A stretch of 37,092 nucleotides of DNA from a virus. Its lineage: Duplodnaviria > Caudoviricetes. Shown here in pieces: positions 15,284 to 23,934 of this stretch. The number at the start of each line of letters is the position of its first letter. The first letter of the stretch is position 1. Location of the stretch: IMG/VR virus record IMGVR_UViG_3300037458_000301, positions 1-37,092 of that record, one strand, 5' to 3'. The notes under the pieces were generated by a model, which had not been told where the DNA came from, did not search any database, and worked only from the letters and a program-made list of their open reading frames with translations. The position numbers and the translations under genes were made by a program.

Positions 15284-15638
15284 CCGAATCATCGCTGAAC
15301 TTGCATCATCCCCGAACCTCACGGTTCACCGCCTCTGTCTTAACCTGGACATTGAGTTGCCAAATATGCGGGTTTACCTCAAGGAACTGGCCGACCTGAA
15401 AAAGGTTCGTCATAACCTTGGCCGCTACAACCTTTGGGAATCTGAGCGAATCAACACCCCAAAGACCAGTCCATCAGGTCGATACGATGGAGCCGAATTA
15501 AAGCCGTTTACAGGCCGTCCCGGTTCGATGGATGCCTACGGGTTGCCAAGTCTGAATAGTGGCGTTAGAACGGCTTACAGCGGCCCCAAACCGATGCTAA
15601 CGAGTCAGCTTGTTGATAAACAAAACCATACGAATTGA
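15267..15638 (+). CDS. Hypothetical protein with N-terminal winged-HTH-like region
   Basis: GGAG RBS; Y.G.EL...RPGSMDA..LPS C-terminal motif. Confidence 0.7.
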   Translation: MNTAHNRIIAELASSPNLTVHRLCLNLDIELPNMRVYLKELADLKKVRHNLGRYNLWESERINTPKTSPSGRYDGAELKPFTGRPGSMDAYGLPSLNSGVRTAYSGPKPMLTSQLVDKQNHTN

Positions 15639-15646
15639 GGTGAAGC

Positions 15647-15859
15647 ATGAGAGACGCAATCGAACTGGCGAAAGAGGCTGGCGCAGACACGCTGATGTAT
15701 TGGGACATTGAAAAGCTCAAACGCTTTGAAGCCCTTGTCCGCGCAGACGAACGGGAGGCGTGTGCGAAGGTGTGTGAAGCAAAACACTCAGACGGAAGGG
15801 GACATGACGCATGGGGATGGCTGTCTAAAGATTACGCCGACGCTATCCGAGCAAGATAA
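15647..15859 (+). CDS. Hypothetical protein (EREACAKVCE family)
   Basis: GAGGT RBS; paralog of 6367..6606. Confidence 0.75.
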   Translation: MRDAIELAKEAGADTLMYWDIEKLKRFEALVRADEREACAKVCEAKHSDGRGHDAWGWLSKDYADAIRAR

Positions 15860-15892
15860 AAAAGCCCCGGTTTTTTAGGCCGGGGTTTAAAA
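15858..15892. terminator. Bidirectional terminator between converging early and late arms
   Basis: A tract-GCCCCGG...CCGGGGT-T tract. Confidence 0.8.
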
Positions 15893-15936
15893 GGCATTGC
15901 TGCCTCGGAGACAAAATGAACACTAACAACTGAATC

Positions 15937-16383
15937 TTACACCAGACCGGGTAGGTATTGGGTTTTGCCGTTGACTTTCTTGGCCGTCAAAACTTGGCCC
16001 TTCAAATCGTCCTTATTGAAACTGGCGTGAACCCACCCATCGTTAGGGTTTGCGCCGGGAAATTCCAAAATGAGTTGGCGAAACTTGCAATTATCACGCA
16101 CCCACTCAGCAACGACCTTATTGGGTACGCCTAAAACCTCAAAGTCGGCGGCCATACCTCGGGTATGGTCTGAGGTTGCAGAGCCTCCAATCGCTTTATT
16201 GACCTCGGGCGAACGATAGCCGCTAGTAACCACCACAGGCCCAAAATGGTCGCGCACGGGTTGAAGCACGTTATCAACCAACAATTGCAGGTTATCAATG
16301 GCCGTCATGTTCGGCATATTGTCAAACTGCCTGACGTTGGTTTTAATCAGTTCGGCAAGGTTGAAATTGGCAGAGAGCTTCAT
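15937..16383 (-). CDS. Endolysin, peptidase M15A-like
   Basis: SGYRS..VN.AIGGS.TSDH..G.AADF...WVH zinc-peptidase motifs. Confidence 0.9.
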   Translation of the reverse strand: MKLSANFNLAELIKTNVRQFDNMPNMTAIDNLQLLVDNVLQPVRDHFGPVVVTSGYRSPEVNKAIGGSATSDHTRGMAADFEVLGVPNKVVAEWVRDNCKFRQLILEFPGANPNDGWVHASFNKDDLKGQVLTAKKVNGKTQYLPGLV

Positions 16384-16790
16384 TTTTTCGCCTTCATGTC
16401 CATGATTTTTTCAGCGCCTCGGGATGTGAAGTAAGCACCAAAAATAATGATGCCCCATTGCCCCAGTAGTTCCACGTAATCAGCATTGACGTTCATGTTA
16501 AACGCCGACATGGTGGCAAAGACCACGTAAGCGCCGAAAATCGCAACCAGAGACAAAGGACGGATATTCTTGGATAGCCAAGAGTCCGAGGCCATGTCCG
16601 CTTTCCATCGCTCAGTGATGTTGTTTTGGTCTGTCTCGAACAGCTTAGTGTCGTTAGCCATTGCAGCTAATTCACCATTCTGAGCCATCTGAGCTAAGTC
16701 CAACTGTGCTTTGGCTTTGGCAGCAGGATCAGGGATGAACTTATCCAAGAGCCGACCACCTAAGTCCAAGAGAGCAGGTCGTGCAATCAT
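16380..16790 (-). CDS. Holin (GTA 3TM-type)
   Basis: LDKFIPDP...RW.ADM.SDSWLSKNIRP...YF..R..EK; adjacent to the endolysin. Confidence 0.8.
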   Translation of the reverse strand: MIARPALLDLGGRLLDKFIPDPAAKAKAQLDLAQMAQNGELAAMANDTKLFETDQNNITERWKADMASDSWLSKNIRPLSLVAIFGAYVVFATMSAFNMNVNADYVELLGQWGIIIFGAYFTSRGAEKIMDMKAKK

Positions 16791-16918
16791 TGCTCATCCT
16801 CTTTAGGTTGTTCAGCCAACCAAGCATCGTATTGCTGTTTGGCTTGCTCGATTTCTTCTGGGGTCAGTTCAACCTCAGTAACCTCACCCGTTTGGACGTT
16901 TACAACTGTGCGGTGCAT
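16787..16918 (-). CDS. 43-aa protein, possible tail-fibre assembly factor (not in ORF track)
   Basis: MHRTVVNVQTGEVTEVELTPEEI...; directly after the fibre gene; ATGA coupling to holin. Confidence 0.65.
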   Translation of the reverse strand: MHRTVVNVQTGEVTEVELTPEEIEQAKQQYDAWLAEQPKEDEQ

Positions 16919-16920
16919 TG

Positions 16921-18129
16921 TCAACCTTCCATTAAAATATTGATAGAACCAAGATCAAAGGTGTCTGTGCCGTTGACTGTGGTGATGCGGATACGATCTA
17001 AAACAGCGCCGATGTTGACACCGCCGCCGCCGTTACATTGAACGGCGCTTGAGTTTGCGTAAAACCCGCATTGCTGAACCCAAGTGCCACTTGCCAAGTT
17101 GGTAATAACCATAGAGCCAGAAAAAAAGTTAGCGGCTGTTTGGGTTGCCGAAGGCATCAGAACAAAACCTGACGTTTCTATTGAAGATTGACCTAGCGCT
17201 CCCCCCCATCCAACAGCACTTACGTACCCTGTTGTTGCGTAACCGCTGCTTGACCCAAGGCGCACAACGGGGAGCGATGTACCGCTTGTAGACACAATGG
17301 CGAACATCACAGTGATTCGTTTTACCCACGATGGGATGCTAGTGAAGTCAACCGAAGTACCAGAGGCGGCTACAGAGGTTGCCCGGGCAATCACAGATTG
17401 GACAGCAGCATCTAACTGCCCTTTGTTCACCGCTTGAGTCGGTGTAGTGGCATTAGGAACCACCGGAGAGCTTGAAAAGGTCTTGACCCCTGCGATTGTT
17501 TGGTCAAGCGTCAACTTAACCGCCGCAGTATCAGCAAGTTTTGCCGCTGTGATAGAACCATCGGGAATGTCCACAGTGCCCGGCACAGCGTTCTTTTGAT
17601 ACGCCATTACCACCCACTTATCAGCAGTTCCCAAAGTAGCGCCAGGAATCACAATCAGCGAATCACCCGCCGCAGTCGTGATGTTTGCACCACCGGGTAG
17701 AACCAACGTGGAGGAGTTGGTCAGCGTCACAGCCCCGGCAAACGTGAGGAATCGTGGCCCACGATATGAAGTGCCAAAACTTGTGATCGTGGTCGTGCCA
17801 GTCACCCGAAGGAACGAGGTGTTTTGGACGCCGATGTCCATTGTTGCAGTTGAGGCAATGTCGGCCATTGTTCCTTGGCTGAACAACTGTTGGAAGGCCA
17901 GAGCTTCACCAGTTCCAGTGCCGGGAGCTAGGTTCGTGATTTTGTTGTTTGCTAAGTTCAAATTTCCAAGCATCGGCGACTGCCCGTCACGGGAGACCGA
18001 TTGTGTGAGAGCGGCTGAAATATCTGCGAGTAGCGCGTTCCAGTCAGATGCCGTTGCCAATATCCCGTTGACTCCGGGCGACCAAGAGCTGTTAGTCGGC
18101 GAAAATTGTCCAGAACCATTGCGGGGCAT
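16921..18129 (-). CDS. Tail fibre / receptor-binding protein
   Basis: MPRNGSG N-terminal anchor; Gly/Ser/Thr-rich; QTIAGVKTF and AVNKGQLD fibre motifs; AGGAG RBS. Confidence 0.85.
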   Translation of the reverse strand: MPRNGSGQFSPTNSSWSPGVNGILATASDWNALLADISAALTQSVSRDGQSPMLGNLNLANNKITNLAPGTGTGEALAFQQLFSQGTMADIASTATMDIGVQNTSFLRVTGTTTITSFGTSYRGPRFLTFAGAVTLTNSSTLVLPGGANITTAAGDSLIVIPGATLGTADKWVVMAYQKNAVPGTVDIPDGSITAAKLADTAAVKLTLDQTIAGVKTFSSSPVVPNATTPTQAVNKGQLDAAVQSVIARATSVAASGTSVDFTSIPSWVKRITVMFAIVSTSGTSLPVVRLGSSSGYATTGYVSAVGWGGALGQSSIETSGFVLMPSATQTAANFFSGSMVITNLASGTWVQQCGFYANSSAVQCNGGGGVNIGAVLDRIRITTVNGTDTFDLGSINILMEG

Positions 18130-18157
18130 AGTTCAACTCCTAAAAAATTTAGCCCAT

Positions 18158-18185
18158 TTTACACCCTATTGAATTGTGATACAAT
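18158..18185 (+). promoter_or_regulatory. Sigma70-like promoter of HNH cassette 2
   Basis: TTTACA-N16-TACAAT with extended TG. Confidence 0.7.
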
Positions 18186-18191
18186 CACGCC

Positions 18192-18239
18192 GTGGCTAGG
18201 TTTAGCGGCCAAAAAGCGGATTGAATCCCCGCCTGCCAC
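18192..18239 (+). ncRNA. C4-antisense-like RNA upstream of HNH gene 2
   Basis: GTGGC/GCCAC closing stem; GGT-TTAGCG-GCC and GCGG-ATTGAATCC-CCGC hairpins. Confidence 0.75.
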
Positions 18240-18272
18240 ACACTTCAGGATTCTCGACATGAAAGATTCATC

Positions 18273-18758
18273 ATGACAGAGCAAGAGCTTTACACCCGCG
18301 CCCACGAGTTTTTCAACTTGGTTGACGGCAAACTTATATGGAAAATTAACCGCAAACGATGCAAGATTGGCATGAGAGCCGGGTGTGTAAATCCAAGAAA
18401 CTTTTATCGCCAAGTCTATATTGACAACAAAAAATACATGGAGCATCGCATCATTTTTTTGATGCATCACGGGTATTTGCCACCAATGGTTGACCACATC
18501 AATCAGGTTGTTGGCGACAATAGAATTGAAAACTTGAGGGCCGCGAATAAGTATACAAACCAGTACAACACCGCTGCAAAATCTAATGGATGCGGTTTAA
18601 AAGGCGCTCGTTTCCACAAGCCGGGCAATGTCTGGATTAGCAGCATACGAGTGCTGACTAAGCGTATTCACCTTGGCAGCTTCAAGACAGCCGAAGAAGC
18701 CCACGAAGCATACAAAAAAGCAGCCTTAGAACTTCACGGAGAGTTTGCTCGGTTTTAA
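18273..18758 (+). CDS. HNH endonuclease with C-terminal AP2-like DNA-binding domain
   Basis: HRII...VDHIN....DNRIENLR; KG......W...I......HLG.F.T.EEA..AY...A..LHGEFA. Confidence 0.92.
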   Translation: MTEQELYTRAHEFFNLVDGKLIWKINRKRCKIGMRAGCVNPRNFYRQVYIDNKKYMEHRIIFLMHHGYLPPMVDHINQVVGDNRIENLRAANKYTNQYNTAAKSNGCGLKGARFHKPGNVWISSIRVLTKRIHLGSFKTAEEAHEAYKKAALELHGEFARF

Positions 18759-18909
18759 TACTTTTGGCTGACTTGCTCCCACCCTATCTTTATGAAACGA
18801 TATAACCCTTAGTTTTTTTGGGTTATGTATGGATGCAGATAGTTTGCAAGTCGCACTGATCGTAGCTTTTTGGTGCGCGGTGTTTTATTTGAACAACAGA
18901 AAATAAATC

Positions 18910-18959
18910 TTCACCACTGCAAAAATATGTTGTATAGTAGAGGCTTCAACAACAGGAGA
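18910..18959 (+). promoter_or_regulatory. Repeated promoter/operator/RBS module, copy D
   Basis: TTCACC-N17-TATAGT; TGCAAAAATATGTTGTA; AGAGGCTTCAACAACAGGAGA. Confidence 0.8.
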
Positions 18960-18963
18960 TAGT

Positions 18964-19524
18964 ATGACCACAATTTACAACATCATTTGGCGCTTTTGCT
19001 TTGCAGTTTCTTGCATTTTGTCTTTGATTTTTATGGCGGCTTCGATCTCAAGCGAGACTACAACATCAGCAAGCTACAAAATCTATTCAACAGACATAAA
19101 TGACCGACTCAACTTGGTTGGGGATTGCAAAAAAGAAGATGCTCAAAAATTCTTGACATATACCACTAGTAATGATCGCAGCGTTTTTGTAAACCTTTGC
19201 TTTGCGGCGCACGCTTTCAAAGGAGAAAATGGCAAAGAAGTGATGCTTGTGCCATTTAAAACCAACGAAAAAAACGATTACTGGTGGGGCAACACGCCTT
19301 ACAGCACAGAAGTTATGGAATACACCCAAAAAATGGCTGATTCATTCAAAATGACCGAGCTAGAAGAATCAGTTATTGAAGGCAAATACTGGGATGCCAA
19401 GTGGTCTGACATAGCCCAAATGACAGGTGGCGTTATTGCTGGAAACGCCATTTTTTGGGCTTTGTTTTACGTGATGGTTTGGGTTTTTGTTGGGTTTAAG
19501 AAAAAAGAACGTCAACAAACTTAA
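18964..19524 (+). CDS. Moron-like membrane protein (N- and C-terminal TM around a large loop)
   Basis: AT-rich; own promoter; antisense to the late operon. Confidence 0.8.
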   Translation: MTTIYNIIWRFCFAVSCILSLIFMAASISSETTTSASYKIYSTDINDRLNLVGDCKKEDAQKFLTYTTSNDRSVFVNLCFAAHAFKGENGKEVMLVPFKTNEKNDYWWGNTPYSTEVMEYTQKMADSFKMTELEESVIEGKYWDAKWSDIAQMTGGVIAGNAIFWALFYVMVWVFVGFKKKERQQT

Positions 19525-19531
19525 AAGCCAA

Positions 19532-19618
19532 ATGACCTACATTGAGTTCATGCTTTGGAAACTGGTTGTGGTAGCCGTACTTGCTTTTCTGTACGGCTAC
19601 CTAATCAGTCGGCGGTAA
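19532..19618 (+). CDS. 28-aa hydrophobic peptide MTYIEFMLWKLVVVAVLAFLYGYLISRR
   Basis: Follows the moron gene; single TM with basic tail; weak RBS. Confidence 0.5.
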   Translation: MTYIEFMLWKLVVVAVLAFLYGYLISRR

Positions 19619-21230
19619 GGCCCACAGGTGCGCTTCTAGCCAAGAACTGTTGCGCTTGTGGGTCACGCAGCAAAGCGGCCAATTGAGCGTTTTGAACCGT
19701 AGGCGCTTGAGCGTTTGCCAAGGCTCTTTGTGCGCCGGGTCGGAACATCAAGCTACGCGAACCAGCACCAGCGGCGTAAGGCAATGCGGCAGCAGCCAAT
19801 CCCGCTGGCCCCATTGAAGTAGCGCCCAAAACACCAGCGCCACCGCTTAACATGGCTCGCAGATTATGAGCGCCTGGACTGCCCATTTGTTGCGATGCTT
19901 GGTTGACCGATGGGAAACCGCTTGCAAAGCGCCCTACAGTGTCCAAGCCGTCTGACAATGGCTGTCCTTTGTCGTAAATGCGGCCAAGCACCCTTGCGTT
20001 TACGGTTCCTGTTGCGTCATTCAAGGCGCGTTCAACCGTGTACGTTTTGGCGATTTGTTTTCTGGCATCGCGCAGTTTAGGAATCAAATCTTCTTTGCCA
20101 GCGGCTTTGGCATGGCTTTCCAAGTTCAATTCCAACACTTCGGCGGTGTCGCGGAAATTCTTGGCCTTTGCCAAATCGTCTGGTCTTGCTGAACGGTTGT
20201 AGGCATTGAACCATGCTTGGGCTTCGTTTCGAGCTTGCTTCAAGGCTTCCAAGTCAATCTCAGCTTGAGGCGACAATTTGGAAACGTCTTTGTATGCGCC
20301 GCCCTCAGTCTTGCGGATTTGCTCCAAAGCCGTTTTGGTCAATGGCGCATCTTCGGCAATGCCAAGCGATTGACGCACCAGCTTTTCAGTAACTTCTTGG
20401 TTTTTGACCGATGCAAGCTGCCCCGTTGCTTGTTTGCCAGAAAACGATTCAATGACCTGATTCTTGAGAGATGGGTTCACCATGTTAGGTGGAACCACAT
20501 AACCCGCATCAATCGATTGTTTCAGCGTCTCGCGCATTGGAGCGCCACGGTTAAAACGGGCCAATTCATCGGCGTATTGCTTGGCCGCACGATTGCCCAA
20601 AGCCATTCCAGCTTCGCCAGCCACTTTAACAACACCGGGCATAGCAGCGCCAATACCAGCGCCCATTCCAGCATCATCAGGATTAACAAGGCCAGCACTT
20701 ACACCACCAGTAGCAGCGCCGCCAGTGGCACGAATCCCCATTTGTTGAGCGCCAGCTTTGCTTAATGTAGGAACAGCGGCTTGGCCTGTTCGCATACCAC
20801 TCGTTCGCAATGCTTCAATCAATGGAGCTGCTTTAGTGGTTGCACCCGGAATCATGCTTACACCCTTGGCAAGCACACCGCCCGCCGGGAGTGTGGCCGC
20901 AATGTTGCCGCCAACACGGGACGCGCTAGCGATGCCAGAGCCGCCATATTGGTCTTGAAACGCTTGTTCATTGGCCGCGATAGATTGATCTACGCTTTGG
21001 CGCGCATCTCCCCCCGTCACCATATCGGCTAGGCTTGCGCCGCCTTTAACGAGCGTATCAGTCACATCTTGAACACCCCGATAGATTCCCCTCGGAATGG
21101 TCATAAAGTCGCGTGCAGCCTCTTTTAAGCCGTAGCTTGGGGTTTGTTCAGGCTGTGGCGCTTGGCCCTGATACTGAGACCAAGGGCCATCTTGGGGTGC
21201 TTGTTGATATTGTTCCCAAGGTGCGGCCAT
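19605..21230 (-). CDS. Internal virion / DNA ejection protein
   Basis: Ala/Gly-rich; PWEQYQ N-terminus; GGAA..G hydrophobic tracts; synteny. Confidence 0.75.
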   Translation of the reverse strand: MAAPWEQYQQAPQDGPWSQYQGQAPQPEQTPSYGLKEAARDFMTIPRGIYRGVQDVTDTLVKGGASLADMVTGGDARQSVDQSIAANEQAFQDQYGGSGIASASRVGGNIAATLPAGGVLAKGVSMIPGATTKAAPLIEALRTSGMRTGQAAVPTLSKAGAQQMGIRATGGAATGGVSAGLVNPDDAGMGAGIGAAMPGVVKVAGEAGMALGNRAAKQYADELARFNRGAPMRETLKQSIDAGYVVPPNMVNPSLKNQVIESFSGKQATGQLASVKNQEVTEKLVRQSLGIAEDAPLTKTALEQIRKTEGGAYKDVSKLSPQAEIDLEALKQARNEAQAWFNAYNRSARPDDLAKAKNFRDTAEVLELNLESHAKAAGKEDLIPKLRDARKQIAKTYTVERALNDATGTVNARVLGRIYDKGQPLSDGLDTVGRFASGFPSVNQASQQMGSPGAHNLRAMLSGGAGVLGATSMGPAGLAAAALPYAAGAGSRSLMFRPGAQRALANAQAPTVQNAQLAALLRDPQAQQFLARSAPVGLTAD

Positions 21231-22585
21231 TATTGCTTCCTCCATGAAGTAGGCTTAGATGGATCGCCGCCTAAGAACACATAACCATTTTCAACCGTTC
21301 CGACTTGAGGCGCACCGCTAGGCCGTGTTTGTGGCGCGTTTTGTGGCGTTGCGCTTGGAGTTTGACCGCCCATGCGCGAATCAGCAGAAGCCTTGTATTT
21401 TTCTTGCAGTCGTCGAACCTCTTGCAATGCCGCCATGCGCTCTGGAACTGGAACCGTCCGATCGCCAATCTTGCCCGCCATTGTCATGTAGTTTTGAACG
21501 TCAAAGTTCGATTGTGGGCCTTCCATGCGAGGCACGTTTGCCACCAACCAGCCAGACAAAGATTCAAGCTGTCCGGCACGTTGAGCGCCCGGTGTGCTTG
21601 CGCCAACCAATCGGCCTGCCGCATCCACCGCCGCTCCCACGCCGCTAGCAGTTGGGCCTTGCTTCAAAATGTTTTCTGCTTGCGTCAATTGTTGCAGGAA
21701 CATATCTGCTTTGCGCGAGTCGCCGCGAGCATCGGCAATGCTTTCAGCTTGTCGTGTTCCAGCAGTTTTTGCACCAGCCAATTGCCCTTGCAGAGTAGGG
21801 TCAGCAGCCGCGCCCACAATTGGCTTTCCATCAGCCCCCATCACAGGCTCAACACGCCCCGTTCGAGCGTTGAAGGCCATAACGCCTTGACCAGTTTGAA
21901 CAGGCTGGAAATACGGCTGGCTAGATGCGCCGCCGCCACCCATTCTTTTCATTTCCCGCAAAAAGTCTTGCTGTTCTTTTTGACGCGCAGCGGCGCTTGC
22001 GTTGTTGGCCTCTAGCACGGCCATTCTGTCTTGATGCGCTTGGGCGGCGGCATCAATGCGAGCTTGACGGGTTTCTTGCAATTCTTGTTGTCGCGCTTCC
22101 ATCTCAGGAATACGAGCCATGCCAGTCATGCCAGCGGTTCGCATCGCCGCATCGGGGGATGCCATTAGCGCCTGATACGCAGCCATTGGGTTTGGAGCCA
22201 CAGCCGGAGTGACTTGGGTATTCGTGCCCATAGTCATTTCTCCACCCCCTGCGTCGTCTGCCACAAACATTTGTGATGGCACTTGAGTGCGCTGTTCAGG
22301 TGAGCCAGCCATGTTGGTGCTGAATCCGCGCAATGCCTCACTGATCGCCTTATTGCGTTCAGCCGAGATATTGCCCAAAGCCGAGGTCGCTTCTTTTTCT
22401 TTCTGCCCACCCTTGTAGAGTCTGAGCATTTCTGCCATGTGTTGCAGGGGGTGAGTGCCGACGTACACACGGCCCACCATGCCCGGAGCTTGGGGCTGGC
22501 GGTACTGTTGCATTTGTTTGGCACGTTCCAACGAGGCTTGCGCCTCTGCTTGTTTTGCTGCCCAAGGGTCTTGGTAGTTTTCCAT
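21230..22585 (-). CDS. Internal virion / DNA ejection protein
   Basis: Ala/Gln/Gly-rich helical; PRMEGPQS..D motif; GYVFLGGDP...W tail. Confidence 0.75.
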   Translation of the reverse strand: MENYQDPWAAKQAEAQASLERAKQMQQYRQPQAPGMVGRVYVGTHPLQHMAEMLRLYKGGQKEKEATSALGNISAERNKAISEALRGFSTNMAGSPEQRTQVPSQMFVADDAGGGEMTMGTNTQVTPAVAPNPMAAYQALMASPDAAMRTAGMTGMARIPEMEARQQELQETRQARIDAAAQAHQDRMAVLEANNASAAARQKEQQDFLREMKRMGGGGASSQPYFQPVQTGQGVMAFNARTGRVEPVMGADGKPIVGAAADPTLQGQLAGAKTAGTRQAESIADARGDSRKADMFLQQLTQAENILKQGPTASGVGAAVDAAGRLVGASTPGAQRAGQLESLSGWLVANVPRMEGPQSNFDVQNYMTMAGKIGDRTVPVPERMAALQEVRRLQEKYKASADSRMGGQTPSATPQNAPQTRPSGAPQVGTVENGYVFLGGDPSKPTSWRKQ

Positions 22586-23646
22586 TACTTCACCTTCGAG
22601 TAATCAACAGCTTTATAACCAGCGATTTCAACCACCGCACTTGGGTCTTGCTGTTCAACCTCTTGAGCCATAACACCCATTTGAGTAGGGCCACCCCAAA
22701 CATAGTTGTAGGTGTAGATTGTCAGACCGCCGTCAGTCTTTCCAACGGGCTTGATGTTAGTTTTCAGTCGCTTATCACTCATCATAGCCGCGCCGCCAAG
22801 ACTGAACAAACCTTGCATCATTTGGTTTTTTTGTGCGTTTTGCGCGTTTACAACATCCAAGTTGGCTGCATATTGTTGTTGTGCCGCACCCATCAAATCC
22901 GCACCTTGCGTCGTTGCTTGCTGTGCATAACTGTTGAACTGAGGATTTTTCACCTGTGAACCAGTCCGCAAAGAGTTAATCAAGTCCAATGGACGAGATT
23001 GGGCTGTATAGGCTTCGTTCAAAGCACGTTCACGGGCTTGAGCGTCCAAGTTAATACCTTGCATGGCGCTCTGCAAATACATATCGTTTGCCTGTTGGCC
23101 TTGCAAGTTCATTTCCCGCCCGTAAGCGGTAGAGCCTAAACCGATGCCTTGATTCGCAAGTCGAGCGCGTAGAGCTTCTTCATTTCGCTCCAAGGTGGGC
23201 TGCAAACGCGACATCATCGCTTGTTGTGCCGTCATTCCCGCATTGATTGGCGCAGCAGGAAGGGTTGATTTATCAATGTTGGGATTCTCAAAAATCCCGC
23301 GAGTTGCCTCAAAACCTTTAGATGCGGCTTGGGCATAGGCCAAGTCTTGCTGATTCTGCAAGTCAAAGAGCTGTTGACCTTGGGGGGTGAAGTTTACCCG
23401 TTGAGTCCAAGGGTCGTAATCGGTTGCGCCTTTTTCCCACGTCAACGAGCCGTAGGGATTGAACTGATTGGCCCGGTTTGCAACAGTGGCGTATTTAGCC
23501 GCCGCCAAGTTGCCAGCCGCAGTCGCTTCGGCAGCGCCTCTGTAGTCTGGGGCTGCGGGGGTTTGCGGGCCTTTGAGCAGGTTATTGATTACGCCGTTTT
23601 TGTTGAAGATGTCACCTGCAACGACACTTTTCACCACACTTCCCAT
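22585..23646 (-). CDS. DNA ejection (pilot) protein with C-terminal peptidase S74-like domain
   Basis: PAAPDY...NQFNPYGSL; SDKRLKTNI...GVMAQEV...VDYSKV. Confidence 0.75.
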   Translation of the reverse strand: MGSVVKSVVAGDIFNKNGVINNLLKGPQTPAAPDYRGAAEATAAGNLAAAKYATVANRANQFNPYGSLTWEKGATDYDPWTQRVNFTPQGQQLFDLQNQQDLAYAQAASKGFEATRGIFENPNIDKSTLPAAPINAGMTAQQAMMSRLQPTLERNEEALRARLANQGIGLGSTAYGREMNLQGQQANDMYLQSAMQGINLDAQARERALNEAYTAQSRPLDLINSLRTGSQVKNPQFNSYAQQATTQGADLMGAAQQQYAANLDVVNAQNAQKNQMMQGLFSLGGAAMMSDKRLKTNIKPVGKTDGGLTIYTYNYVWGGPTQMGVMAQEVEQQDPSAVVEIAGYKAVDYSKVK

Positions 23647-23649
23647 GAT

Positions 23650-23934
23650 TCAACTCCATTTATATACAAAAGCCTTCGACCCGTCTTTAGTCGTGGTTTC
23701 AAACTCAACCACCCACCCCAGACAATCGCCAAACTTTTGGAGTTTCAGGTTTTCTGCCTCCACAAAAGCGCGTAAGGGTATTCTAACAAGATCGACCAAT
23801 TTTCTCAAATCCAAAAGCATCTCACTTTTGACCTTTGAACTCCACCGAAATACATCAGTGTGGAACCAATAAACCCCATCCCACCATTCAAGGTAGATCA
23901 CATAATCAGCCTTAATGACTATCGGAAACTTCAT
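23650..23934 (-). CDS. Small virion-module protein, possibly GNAT-fold
   Basis: Between tail and ejection genes; N.KL.KF...LGW pattern. Confidence 0.55.
   Translation of the reverse strand: MKFPIVIKADYVIYLEWWDGVYWFHTDVFRWSSKVKSEMLLDLRKLVDLVRIPLRAFVEAENLKLQKFGDCLGWVVEFETTTKDGSKAFVYKWS

Noticed and set aside
13224-18959. 30-bp repeats as a CRISPR array or att sites
   Set aside because: Copies are dispersed, not regularly spaced, consist of -10 plus RBS, and no cas or integrase gene is present
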